A stretch of DNA of 64,000 nucleotides from Nitrospinales bacterium (GCA_965223345.1 CBDCWG010000001.1:216751-280750); one strand, 5' to 3'; counted from the first letter of the stretch, positions 47,293 through 57,568 are shown. The notes: a model not told the origin generated them from the letters alone. Numbers and translations are program-made.

Positions 47293-49208
47293 CGACGGCA
47301 GTACGGCCACGCTCAAGAAAGGCGGGAACCGATGCACCGCGCAAGGAGGTGTCGGGTGGTTTGGCGGCGTTCGCCCATGCCATGCGGCGGTTGCACGATC
47401 ACTTGCGGAACCAACTTCAGGGGACTCGTCATGCGACGCGCCTTTCACGTCTCCTCCAATCGGCACTCGATGTAACCGGCGGACAATACCTCGTACACTA
47501 CACACGTGACGCCGCAGGACAACTCGTTGCTGGTCTGCAGGTCCGTCGTCGCGACTTTTCACCATCGTCAAGCTTGTGGCAAGAACTGCCGTGCCACGTT
47601 GAGAATTGTTGTCGCACCAACAGTGAAATCCTGGATCATCCACTCGCATCGACCTCAGGATGTCTGTTGTCGGTCGTCCCAGTCGCGACGGCGCCGCATG
47701 CAGGAACGGACGTACGCGACACATCGCCGGCAACAGAAGCGATTGCTTTGATTGTCGATAATTCCATCGGCAGTGACCCGATGCTTGGGCCATTGCTCGG
47801 TTCCCTTGCGACGTTAGTCGAACTGGAACGGGACCGGCAGCGGGTGCGGCTTGCCGAAGACGATGCCGATCGAGCGGCCGGCGCGCTGGAGATCGTCCAG
47901 CGAGTGACCGAGAGCGACGATCTCGACCAAGCGGCGCTGCGACTGGCGGCCGACCTGAGTGAATGGATCGAGTGTGAACATCTCCTGGTTGGGTGCCTCG
48001 GTCCCGATCGGATTCGATGGCAGTCGATTGCCGTAGCCGGCCTCAGTCACGTTGAGCAACGGAACGCCACGATGCAAGCAGCTCGCCACGTAATGCGGGG
48101 CGTCATTCGCGGGGCACAACCGCTGCTGTGGCGGCGTGACCAACCAGTTCGTCTGGCGACCGATCACCTGAGGCGCATGGCCAAGGTGTGCGATGCCGAT
48201 TGGGCGGCAGCCATTCCGCTGGCCGAATCGGGTAACGCCAACGGCGCCGTCGTCTTCTGGGGATGCGACCCCGCCCCCCGATGCCAACAACAATGGGATG
48301 CGATACGAGCGATCAGTTCCTATGTCAACTCCGCGCTGTCGGTGGTGCAACGGCATCAGTTTCCGCTTCGTCACCATGTTGCCCGTCGGTGGCGCGAAAT
48401 CTGTTTCGGCGACACCCGTCGTATTGTGCTCGCCGGCTTGGTGGCACTCGCCCTTGTGATGCTCCATGTTCCATTCAACGAGAGGATCGCATGCGATGTG
48501 ACACTCCGACCGGTGCTCCGACGTTTTGTTGCGGCACCGTTCGACAGCCGTCTGGAACAGGCGAGTGTGAGGCCGGGTGATGTCGTACGTCCGGGTGACG
48601 TGCTGGCTGAACTCGACGGCAAGGAACTCGAACTTGAGTGGTCGCAGCTGCAGGCCGAATATGTTGCCGAATCGAAGAAGAAAGATGCCGCCACCGCCGG
48701 GTTGGCCACCGCCGAGGCCCAACAGGCTGCTGCCCAGATGGAACGGTTACGACTCAAGATCGAATTGATCGAGCAGCGCCGCTCTGAGCTACACGTCCGC
48801 AGCCCGATCGGTGGTGTCGTGATTCAAGGTGATCTCGACAATGCGCAGGGAGCGCCGTTGGAGCGGGGTGAAACGTTGTTTGAAATCGGTCCGCTCGATC
48901 AATTGCATGCGGAGTTGCATGTTCCGGATGATCATATTGGCGCAGTCGAAATCGGATCGGAGGTCTTCCTTTTCCTTGATGACGTGCAGCAGTCCCGTAT
49001 GAGGCTTCCTGTATCACACGTCGATCCCGCTGCTCAGGTAATCGATGGCAATAATGTTTTCGTGGCCGAGGTCAATGTACCGAATGCCGATGCGCTGTTG
49101 CGACCGGGCATTCGCGGCAGGGCTTACATCCTCGGTCCGCGTCGGCCGTGGATCTGGAATCTACTGCGACGGCCGTGGCGTCAAGTCCGCTCGTGGTGGG
49201 GGATCTGA
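47289..49208 (+). CDS. GAF-like cytoplasmic region + TM + HlyD-type membrane fusion protein
   Basis: ATGA coupling to secA; VAAPFDSRL...VRPGDVV...LAELD, coiled coil, VRSPIGGVV, LRPGIRGRA. Confidence 0.85.
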   Translation: MTTAVRPRSRKAGTDAPRKEVSGGLAAFAHAMRRLHDHLRNQLQGTRHATRLSRLLQSALDVTGGQYLVHYTRDAAGQLVAGLQVRRRDFSPSSSLWQELPCHVENCCRTNSEILDHPLASTSGCLLSVVPVATAPHAGTDVRDTSPATEAIALIVDNSIGSDPMLGPLLGSLATLVELERDRQRVRLAEDDADRAAGALEIVQRVTESDDLDQAALRLAADLSEWIECEHLLVGCLGPDRIRWQSIAVAGLSHVEQRNATMQAARHVMRGVIRGAQPLLWRRDQPVRLATDHLRRMAKVCDADWAAAIPLAESGNANGAVVFWGCDPAPRCQQQWDAIRAISSYVNSALSVVQRHQFPLRHHVARRWREICFGDTRRIVLAGLVALALVMLHVPFNERIACDVTLRPVLRRFVAAPFDSRLEQASVRPGDVVRPGDVLAELDGKELELEWSQLQAEYVAESKKKDAATAGLATAEAQQAAAQMERLRLKIELIEQRRSELHVRSPIGGVVIQGDLDNAQGAPLERGETLFEIGPLDQLHAELHVPDDHIGAVEIGSEVFLFLDDVQQSRMRLPVSHVDPAAQVIDGNNVFVAEVNVPNADALLRPGIRGRAYILGPRRPWIWNLLRRPWRQVRSWWGI

Positions 49209-51424
49209 TGAGTTCTGGTTCAGATCACCGTGTGCTCGGTGTAGGGCAGTTGTCGCCGCAACTGCGCGGTGATCTCCTCTATTACCCACAGGAGTTGGAC
49301 GGCGAAGCGTTTTATCTGATCGAGGATCCCCTCACGGGAAAGTTCGTGCGGGTTTGTGAGTCCGAATATACGTTCTTGTCCCGATTAGACGGCCGTCAGT
49401 CCGTCCATCGCGTAATCGCCGACGTGGCATCGGAGCTCGGCCCCGAGGCACTTGATGAACATGAGGCGACGTCGCTTGTCCGCTGGGCCGTTGAGCAAGG
49501 TCTCGTTACCACCTCCGCTTCGCGTACTCCGGGCAACCAACGGCACTCGCAGCGAGAAAAAACGGAGTGGCGTTGGTTGGCGTGGAATCCGATCTTTTGG
49601 AAGGTGCGTATCGCGAATCCAGACCGCTGGCTCGACCAGCTGTACGAAGTTGTCCGGAGTGTTATCGGGTGGCCCCTCTTTGTCGTTTGGTGTTGCGCCG
49701 TCGTGCTGGCGGTCGGCACACTGACCGATCGATCCGATCAGTTGGCGCGAGAATCGATCGGGATCCTCGCCCGCGAGAATTGGTTCTTTCTGGCAGCTGT
49801 TTGGCTCGTGCTAAAACTGGTCCATGAAATTGCCCACGGGTTAGCCTGTAAAGCCTACCGATTGCCCGTTCCCGAGTGTGGACTGGTCTGGATTCTCTTT
49901 AGCCCCATTGCCTATGTCGATGCCACCGCCGCGTGGCGATTGTCGAGTAAGTGGCAGCGGGCCGTCATCTCGCTGGCCGGCATGTATGTCGAAATCTTAA
50001 TCGCCGCAATCGCCGCTTGTCTTTGGGGACGACTCGAACCGGGCGTCGCTTCCCAACAATGTTATAACATCATGGTGGCGGCAAGCATCAGCACCGTGGT
50101 GTTTAATGCGAATCCACTCATGCGGTTCGACGGCTACTATGTCCTCTCCGATCTATGGGAGATTCCGAATCTCAGTGGACTCGGCCGGCAGTATCTCGTT
50201 TATCTATTCCAACGCTACTTTTGTGGCATGAGCGTGGGACCGGTCGATCTTCCAAAGAGAAGGCGGTTCCGAATTAAGGCTTACGCCGTCCTCGCGGCAA
50301 TGTGGCGCGTGGTGGTCACCGTCGGGATCTTGGTCACTGCGTACGAGTTACTCTGGGGAGCCGGCCTTCTGTTTGTCATCATTGCCCTCCTTTCGATGGT
50401 CGCAATCCCTGTCGTCTGGTCAGTGCGGCAATATCGGCGGGGTGCTCTCCCTGTTCCGGCATGGAGTCACATCAGCTTGTCAACGGTGCTAACGGGACTG
50501 GTATTCTATGCCCTCTACGCGTGGATCCCGTGGCCGGGCGGCGTGTCAGCACCAGCCATCGTTGAAGGGCAGGACAAGGCCGTCGTGCGTATCCTGACCG
50601 AGGGTTTTGTGGGCCGAATCTTGGTGCAAACAGATCAGATCGTCGCACCGGGCGATCTGCTCGTAACACTCGACAATCACGAGCTGACCCAAGAGATTGC
50701 CGATCTCGAGTTGCAGATTGCCCAATCGCAATTGCGCCGCAAGGAGCTGCTCGAACAGTCCGATGTTGCGGCCGAGCAAAGCCAACGGCGGTTTGAACAG
50801 GCGCTGGCCGAGCGTTTACTCGAACGGCGTGCGGACCACGATCGATTGGCCGTTCGGGCGCCAATAGCCGGACGTGTTCTGACGAGCAGGTTGGCTGAGT
50901 TACACGGGACGTTTCTCCCTCGAGGTGCCACGGTCTTGGAGATCGCAAGCGACGAAAAACAACTCCGGATGGCGATCCACCAAGATGATAGGGGTTCTTT
51001 TCAAGATGCGATTGGGGGTGTGGTGCGCGTCAGAACGCGCAACGGCAGTGGCCCAAGTTATCGGGCGCGACTGACCGACCTGCAGCCAAACGCCTCATCA
51101 CTCATTCCTGAGTTGTCTCTCACGACGCTCGCGGGAGGACCACTTCCCGTGCGCCCCGTTACGCACGCCTCCGACGGTTCGCCCCGCGGAACATCGGACG
51201 AGGCGAATTACGAACTCCTTGCGCCTCGATTCGTCGGCTTGGCCCAACTGGTCGAGGCTTCGCGCGGCGATCGTCCCGTTGTACTGCGACATGGCGAATT
51301 GGCCGAAGCCGTTCTATTGAGTCGAAGCCACACCGTCGGCCGACACGTTACGGCTGTCGTTCGACGGTGGATCAATCACCGGCTAGGGCGAACCGCGGAA
51401 GGGACGGAACAGAACGGCGCGTAA
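49208..51424 (+). CDS. PqqD-like N-domain + M50 (site-2) metallopeptidase + HlyD-type domain fusion
   Basis: TGATG coupling; HEIAH, ISLAG, NANPLMRFDGYY, multiple TMs; VRAPIAGRV lipoyl-like half. Confidence 0.88.
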   Translation: MSSGSDHRVLGVGQLSPQLRGDLLYYPQELDGEAFYLIEDPLTGKFVRVCESEYTFLSRLDGRQSVHRVIADVASELGPEALDEHEATSLVRWAVEQGLVTTSASRTPGNQRHSQREKTEWRWLAWNPIFWKVRIANPDRWLDQLYEVVRSVIGWPLFVVWCCAVVLAVGTLTDRSDQLARESIGILARENWFFLAAVWLVLKLVHEIAHGLACKAYRLPVPECGLVWILFSPIAYVDATAAWRLSSKWQRAVISLAGMYVEILIAAIAACLWGRLEPGVASQQCYNIMVAASISTVVFNANPLMRFDGYYVLSDLWEIPNLSGLGRQYLVYLFQRYFCGMSVGPVDLPKRRRFRIKAYAVLAAMWRVVVTVGILVTAYELLWGAGLLFVIIALLSMVAIPVVWSVRQYRRGALPVPAWSHISLSTVLTGLVFYALYAWIPWPGGVSAPAIVEGQDKAVVRILTEGFVGRILVQTDQIVAPGDLLVTLDNHELTQEIADLELQIAQSQLRRKELLEQSDVAAEQSQRRFEQALAERLLERRADHDRLAVRAPIAGRVLTSRLAELHGTFLPRGATVLEIASDEKQLRMAIHQDDRGSFQDAIGGVVRVRTRNGSGPSYRARLTDLQPNASSLIPELSLTTLAGGPLPVRPVTHASDGSPRGTSDEANYELLAPRFVGLAQLVEASRGDRPVVLRHGELAEAVLLSRSHTVGRHVTAVVRRWINHRLGRTAEGTEQNGA

Positions 51425-51476
51425 GCGCCCCTCCGTTAATAAAAGTACGGCACCTGGGAACCGGTCCGACACCACG

Positions 51477-52538
51477 TTATTTCAAAGCACTCTCAGAGAT
51501 CGGCAGGCCAAACGCTGCTGGTACCTGTGTGCCGAGTGTCGTCTTCTGTACGATGCCTTGATCGTGACCAGCAAGGAGTTTCGCATAGACTGCCGGGTCG
51601 AGTTCGGTCGAAAGGCTACGGGCATGTCCGTCGGTGAATGCCGTCATAAACAGGCCACGATGGAAACTGGCTGGTCGCGCACTCCTGGGAGTACCAGCGT
51701 AGGTCGGTAACTCGGCGTCGATCAGATTGTCGGTCTCACTCCGACCAAACGGGAGCTGGGGCTGAATCGACCAGACGACGCCGAGGCCCTCCTTTAGTCC
51801 CGAGAAGTTGTTTTCATCTCGATTCAAGTCGGCAATAAGAAACTGGTTGGCGACCCCGGTCGTCCGTTGGAAGTCGATCGTGTCGCTGAACGCAACTCCC
51901 CAATGGGTTAGGTTCGCGTTTTCTGCCAATAAGATCGTATTCGACGTGCCGTCGTGTGCCGACAGGTAACCTGGGTCTGACGACTTGCTCAAACCGAAGT
52001 TGACGTTGCGCGGCATGCCAGGGGTAAGTGGATTTCGAATCTCGTCGAGGCAGACCCCCCCCATGCGCAGATCGGCATACTGTCCGACTGCGTTCTTCAT
52101 TTGCCATACGTCCCACACGCCGCAGTTGGCGCCGTAACTTAGCCATGGCATCTCCTTGTTCGCCTGAACATCTGACGGGCATACCATCAAACCGACGTAA
52201 GAGCCTGTCTGGAAAGCAAAGTTCGGCTGCGTCAGAAACGTGTCCCACAACGCGGTGTTGTCCATTTCAGGCAACGTCTTTGCCACCCAACTGGCAATGC
52301 CATAGCTATTTCCCGATCGCTTTACCAGATTGACACGGCCCGGAAACGTCGTCTTGTTCGTGGCGTGTGACACCATAGCCAAGCCAATGTTACGTATGTT
52401 GTTTAGACAGAAGCCCTGGCGGGCACGCTCGCGAGCCGCCTGGACTGCGGGGACGACCAAGGCTGTTAGCAAGCCAATAATAGCGATGACTACGAGCAAT
52501 TCGACGAGCGTAAACGCCGCGCGGTGTTTGGCTGTCAT
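51477..52538 (-). CDS. DUF1559 prepilin-type N-terminal cleavage protein
   Basis: AFTLVELLVVIAIIGLL...PAVQAARERAR...CLNN, CPSD, DGTSNTILLAE, H-X9-DG. Confidence 0.93.
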   Translation of the reverse strand: MTAKHRAAFTLVELLVVIAIIGLLTALVVPAVQAARERARQGFCLNNIRNIGLAMVSHATNKTTFPGRVNLVKRSGNSYGIASWVAKTLPEMDNTALWDTFLTQPNFAFQTGSYVGLMVCPSDVQANKEMPWLSYGANCGVWDVWQMKNAVGQYADLRMGGVCLDEIRNPLTPGMPRNVNFGLSKSSDPGYLSAHDGTSNTILLAENANLTHWGVAFSDTIDFQRTTGVANQFLIADLNRDENNFSGLKEGLGVVWSIQPQLPFGRSETDNLIDAELPTYAGTPRSARPASFHRGLFMTAFTDGHARSLSTELDPAVYAKLLAGHDQGIVQKTTLGTQVPAAFGLPISESALK

Positions 52539-52964
52539 TGGGATAGATCTCCTTGAGACGAGGAAGATAAGTGACGGCCGCCCCCAGCCGTTCTCTGTCC
52601 GGTCGTTCCGCACGACAGTTTTACTTCCCGTCTGCGCTGTCCGAATTGCGCTGTCCGAATGGCGCTCTCTCCAACGCAATCTGAGTCTAGGAGAGTCGGG
52701 GAGTCATCGTATCGATCGTATTCCACTCAGACCGGTAGAACAGCCAGACCAGTGCGAAACTTCATCATTGATTGTCGCAGGTTTCCGCCAATCTGTCGAG
52801 TCGATTGGGGGGCGGTCTGGCGGCGACCGGCCTACAATGAGAGAGTGGGCACATGGGGTGGTCTACCATACCGAAGTGGCCGGCCAAGAAACGAGCATTC
52901 CGGTCACATTGGTGCAGCCGAGTCCCCCCCCCCCGGTCGCCTATCGGCTCGGGTCTCGAAGCCT

Positions 52965-53960
52965 ATGACACGGCCGGCCTGCTTCACGTCTCGATGTGAC
53001 CTGCTCGGTCTAAAGCAAGGGGAATGCGAGATTTCCGATTCACCGTCACCACTCAACTTTGTCCCCCCCCAACGGAGCTCGTGGCATCGCTGGCTGGCCA
53101 TTGTGGCGCTCCTAGCGACAGGAATGGCGACCTATTGGTTCTATCGCGTTGACCCATTTGGGGGGGGCGGGGCGGTGCAGCCCGATTCAACAACGTTGCA
53201 GCCGCCTCCGAACGCTCCGACCATCGAGGAGCCCAGCGACGTCATCCCTCACAATTCGCGGGATCCCAATGCGCGGGAATCGACCAACGAGGAGCCCAGC
53301 GGCGTCGCACTGACCGGTGCGCCGGATGTGCTGCCGGAACTGCCCGCTGTCAATTGGGACGATGATCGGTGGGGAACCGAACCGAGTGTCGTAGTGCCGC
53401 CCGAATGGCCGACATTCCCCCCCGTCCTCCCCGAGCCACAGCTTCGGCGACTCGAACGTCTTCGTGATCTGCTGCGCCGCCGTCAATTCGACTTTGTTTT
53501 GGAAAAGACCGCTCCCACTGCAGTCGCCATGCCTGGGGCCGAGCAGGAGGCGATCACGCGGTTGGAACTTGTTGGCTATCACGTGAAACGGTTTTGGACC
53601 GGAGTCGACGCAGGGTTGGAGGGACTCCGCATCGATGACGAGCTCGTCTTTCGGGAACTCGGCATTCGGGCTCGCGTTGTGGGAGTTACACCGGTATCGG
53701 TTGAGTTAGAGCGGGAAGATGGCGTCAAGAAGCGATTCTCGACGCTTCGCAACGCGATCAGTGCCCGCGTTGCCGCAGCGATCGCCGATCGCCATCTATA
53801 CGATCAAGGAGCGTCTCGTTTCCTAACACTCGCAGTATTTTGGAGTGTCGATCAGCAAGGAGATCGCAACGTCGCTGCGCACTATTGGCAACGGGCACTC
53901 GAACAGGGATTGGCGGTCGATGCGCTCGACGAACGGTTTCGCGAACAATGGCAGCCCTGA
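52965..53960 (+). CDS. Hypothetical single-TM protein with a Pro-rich linker
   Basis: WLAIVALLATGMATYWFY TM; open frame from 52659, true start uncertain. Confidence 0.6.
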   Translation: MTRPACFTSRCDLLGLKQGECEISDSPSPLNFVPPQRSSWHRWLAIVALLATGMATYWFYRVDPFGGGGAVQPDSTTLQPPPNAPTIEEPSDVIPHNSRDPNARESTNEEPSGVALTGAPDVLPELPAVNWDDDRWGTEPSVVVPPEWPTFPPVLPEPQLRRLERLRDLLRRRQFDFVLEKTAPTAVAMPGAEQEAITRLELVGYHVKRFWTGVDAGLEGLRIDDELVFRELGIRARVVGVTPVSVELEREDGVKKRFSTLRNAISARVAAAIADRHLYDQGASRFLTLAVFWSVDQQGDRNVAAHYWQRALEQGLAVDALDERFREQWQP

Positions 53961-54073
53961 CCGGCAGGCTACCGTTCGATATCGGCGGCATCGGTACCTA
54001 GTTGGCAGTTCCGCTGGGTGCTCGAAGACTCGAGCCCAGCCACCCGCCTCCCGCCGATTGGTACAACCGGCGC

Positions 54074-56212
54074 TCAGCGCCGAGCACTTGCCTCTGCTTC
54101 GAACGTTGCTTCAGTTACACGGACTAGGTCGGCGAGTGGGATGAGTGGTGGTCCCCCTCGCGAGACACGTTCTACAAAGGTCGCGACTTCGGCGCGATGC
54201 CCCTTGTCCTGTCGGTAGAGCCGCGACTTACTGAATCCTTTCCAGCCATAGCCGCGTAGCGAGCGGAAATTATCAAGTTCCAAGATTCGACCTTGGCATG
54301 AGATGGTTAGTTTTTCCTTCGGGTAGGCACGATGGCCGTTGGCGAAGTAGTGGAGTGTTCCGATCGAGCCATCGCCGAACGTCATTGTGATTGACATGTG
54401 GTCGTTGCAGGTGGCGGTTCCCCGGTCGGGGGCAATCATGACCGCATCGACCCGTTCAATCGGAGCCCCCGCCAGATGGGTCAGCAGGTCGAGCCAGTGG
54501 CAGCCCTCTCCAATGATGCGGCCACCGCCAACCGCCATGTCGTGCGCCCAATGGTCGGATGGTATGTTCCCCGCGTTGACATACATTACCATGCAGAGAG
54601 GTTCGGTCCGCGACGCGAGTCGTTGGTGTGCTTGAACGACTAGAGGAGCGAAACGTCGATTGAATCCGACCATCAACTGCAGATTGCTCGCCGAGGAATC
54701 GCTGGCGGCGTCGACCACGGCACGTAGTCCTTCCTGATCAATCGCCAACGGCTTTTCGACAAATACATGCTTCCCAGCCTGCAATGCCTCGACGACCATC
54801 GACGCATGTTGATGATGACGTGTGGTAATGACGACCGTGTTGATCGAATCATCCGAAAGTATCTGGCGATAGTCCGTCGTGCTCCGTTCGACGCCAAACT
54901 TACGGGCCGCATGGGCAGCCGACAGGCCACCGGCGCTCGCGATAGATACGAGTCGCGCGTCCGTTCCGCAGAAGGCGGGAAGTAGAACTCCCTTCGCGAA
55001 AGCGCCAGCTCCAATAAATCCAATCGAAGCTTGGCCGGTGGCTGTGCTTCGGCGTCGTTTGTCGGACGCCGTGTCGACCACAACATGCTGCTGCCGCTCG
55101 TGCGCTTCGCCATAGTGTAGGATGACTCCCAGTTGGTCACGATCGTTCGAGACGAGGTCGTAGGCGCGCTCAGCCTCCGCGTGGGGAACACGACTCGTTA
55201 TCAGGGGGCTGACGTCGAGATCCTTTCGCGCCATGAGGTCGAGCACGGCTGCGATATTCCGCTGCTCGGTCCACCGCACAAATCCGAATGGATAGTCGTT
55301 TCCTCCTTGCTCGTAACTTGCATCGTAACGACCCGGTCCGTACGAGCAAGAAACTTGTACTGTGATCTCCTTTTCATAGAAATGTGCCCGATTCAAATCG
55401 AGCTGTGTTGCGCCGACCTGCACAATACGGCCACGCTGACGCGTCATCTGCGCCGATTGATTGACAATCTGATCTCCTTTGGCGCTCGCGGCAATTATGA
55501 CACCGTCGACACCCCGCTGCCCGGTGAACTGCAGCGCCGCCGCGATCGGATCGACATCGCACGAAATATCGACTGTTTGTGCGCCGAGTTCGGCTGCTAA
55601 TTCCAGTCGCTGTTTGTGGAGATCGATCGCCAAGACACGGACGCCCGCAGCGCGGAGCAATTGTACGGTCAGGAGACCGACCAAACCCAATCCGAAGACC
55701 GCTACCGACTCGCCAAGCTGCGGACGCAAGAGTCGCACACCCTGCATGGCAATCGCGCCGAGTACGGCGAAACAAGCCTGTTCGTCGGATACGTCTGTCG
55801 GAATCTTGGCGCAGAGATGTTTCGGTACAACGACGACCTCAGCATGTCCACCGTTGCTGGCGACCCGATCTCCCACGGCAAAGCCGTCAACTCCAGCACC
55901 GACCTCGAGCACGACCCCCGCGTTGCAATAGCCGAGTGGGAGTGGTTCATCCAGCTTCGCGAAAACCGCCTCGAGTGTCGGCATCAATCCGTCGGCGCGG
56001 ATCTTATCGAGTACCTGCTTGACGCGTTCCGGCTGTTGCCGTGCTTTGGCGACTAGATTTGCCTTGCCGAACTCGACCAGCATCCGTTCGGTGCCGGCCG
56101 AAATAACACTCGATCGCGATGCGATGCGCAGATGGCCGGCGCGGACCGCTGGGCAGGGGACCTCCATCAATTCCAAAATGCCGCTGCGGAGGTTCTGAAC
56201 TACCTGTTTCAC
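54074..56212 (-). CDS. Bi-domain oxidoreductase (MDR/Zn-ADH-like + Gfo/Idh/MocA), typical of glycan clusters
   Basis: ISAGTE, PLGY, GLGLVG, SCSYGPGRYD; GFIGAG, VEKP, GFNRRF, GEGCH. Confidence 0.9.
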   Translation of the reverse strand: MKQVVQNLRSGILELMEVPCPAVRAGHLRIASRSSVISAGTERMLVEFGKANLVAKARQQPERVKQVLDKIRADGLMPTLEAVFAKLDEPLPLGYCNAGVVLEVGAGVDGFAVGDRVASNGGHAEVVVVPKHLCAKIPTDVSDEQACFAVLGAIAMQGVRLLRPQLGESVAVFGLGLVGLLTVQLLRAAGVRVLAIDLHKQRLELAAELGAQTVDISCDVDPIAAALQFTGQRGVDGVIIAASAKGDQIVNQSAQMTRQRGRIVQVGATQLDLNRAHFYEKEITVQVSCSYGPGRYDASYEQGGNDYPFGFVRWTEQRNIAAVLDLMARKDLDVSPLITSRVPHAEAERAYDLVSNDRDQLGVILHYGEAHERQQHVVVDTASDKRRRSTATGQASIGFIGAGAFAKGVLLPAFCGTDARLVSIASAGGLSAAHAARKFGVERSTTDYRQILSDDSINTVVITTRHHQHASMVVEALQAGKHVFVEKPLAIDQEGLRAVVDAASDSSASNLQLMVGFNRRFAPLVVQAHQRLASRTEPLCMVMYVNAGNIPSDHWAHDMAVGGGRIIGEGCHWLDLLTHLAGAPIERVDAVMIAPDRGTATCNDHMSITMTFGDGSIGTLHYFANGHRAYPKEKLTISCQGRILELDNFRSLRGYGWKGFSKSRLYRQDKGHRAEVATFVERVSRGGPPLIPLADLVRVTEATFEAEASARR

Positions 56213-56320
56213 GACACGTCCCTTCTGACATACGTCACGGTCGGTGAACTGTCATGCCAGCAGACAACCAACACCGATCCCCGCAGCATGCCGGCATACC
56301 AGCCAAGATGATATTCCAAC

Positions 56321-57568
56321 TCACCGCCAGATCCCGCGTGTGTCGACCACCACACGTTCCTGCAAGAGCCGCTTCGGAATGTCTCGGAATGGGCGGTGGT
56401 CGGTTAATAGCACCAAGATGTTGGCTCGTTCCAATACATGGGAGAGTGGATGGAGTGGCATGTCGGAGAACTTATTTGTGGGGACGAGTGGATCGCATAC
56501 GAGGAGTTCGCCGACCTGGCGCCGTTCGAGTTCTTTCACGATATCGAGCGACGGGCTTTCGCGAATGTCGTCGACATCGGCCTTGTAAGCGATGCCGAGG
56601 CAGCCGATGACGGGAGACGCGAACTGCTGCGCCAACTTCTCAATATGGGTGACCAAATAGTCTGGCTTGTGGTTATTGACGTCTCGCGCTGCCTTCATCA
56701 GTGGCGTTAACTCGGGCGCCGCGTGAATGAGAAACCATGGATCGACGCTGATGCAGTGTCCACCGACACCCGGGCCCGGAGTGAGAATATTCACACGAGG
56801 ATGTCGATTGGCCAATTCGATCACTTCCCACGCATCAATACCGAGATGATCTGCCAGCATAGATAGCTCGTTGGCGAACGCGATGTTGACATCGCGGTAT
56901 GAGTTCTCGACGAGTTTCGTCACTTCTGCAGCCAACGCATTGGTGCCGAGGACACTCCCTTTTACAAACGTCTCGTAGAATGCAGTTGCCTGTCGGGTAC
57001 ATTCAGGCGTCACGCCTCCGACAACTCGGTCATTTTGGACGACTTCAAACAAGATGCGACCTGGCAAGACCCGTTCAGGGCAGTGCGCCACAAAGGCATC
57101 TTCGCCGACTATCAGGCCGTCGGGGATCGCCTCGCGCACCACGATCTCTTCCGTTGTCTTGGGTGGGCTCGTTGACTCAAGAATAATCAAGTTGCCAGGT
57201 TGGATGAAGTTCTTGAGTGTTTGGCTCGCTTGCTTGACGTATGTGACATCGGGCGACCGATCGGGTTGGATCGGCGTTGGAACGCAGATCATATGAATAT
57301 CGGCTTCTCGTGGCTCGTGCCCCGCAGTCAGCTGTCCGCTATTGACGGCCGATCGGACCAGTATGTCGAGATCGGGCTCCTCGATGTGAATCTTGCCCTG
57401 ATTGATCGTTTCGACAACATCAGGGCGCACATCGACGCCATGGACCTGGAATCCCTTGGTTGCCAAGACACTCGCGGTCGGTAGCCCGATATAGCCGAGC
57501 CCCATCACACAGACCGTCGTCTTACCAGGCGCGTAGCGCGATTCACTCGTTATCAATTCTTCAGCCAT
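56321..57568 (-). CDS. wecC: UDP-N-acetyl-D-mannosamine dehydrogenase
   Basis: GLGYIGLP, CVPTP, LESTSPP, CPERVLPG, ENSYRD, GVGGHC, DIRESP. Confidence 0.9.
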   Translation of the reverse strand: MAEELITSESRYAPGKTTVCVMGLGYIGLPTASVLATKGFQVHGVDVRPDVVETINQGKIHIEEPDLDILVRSAVNSGQLTAGHEPREADIHMICVPTPIQPDRSPDVTYVKQASQTLKNFIQPGNLIILESTSPPKTTEEIVVREAIPDGLIVGEDAFVAHCPERVLPGRILFEVVQNDRVVGGVTPECTRQATAFYETFVKGSVLGTNALAAEVTKLVENSYRDVNIAFANELSMLADHLGIDAWEVIELANRHPRVNILTPGPGVGGHCISVDPWFLIHAAPELTPLMKAARDVNNHKPDYLVTHIEKLAQQFASPVIGCLGIAYKADVDDIRESPSLDIVKELERRQVGELLVCDPLVPTNKFSDMPLHPLSHVLERANILVLLTDHRPFRDIPKRLLQERVVVDTRGIWR

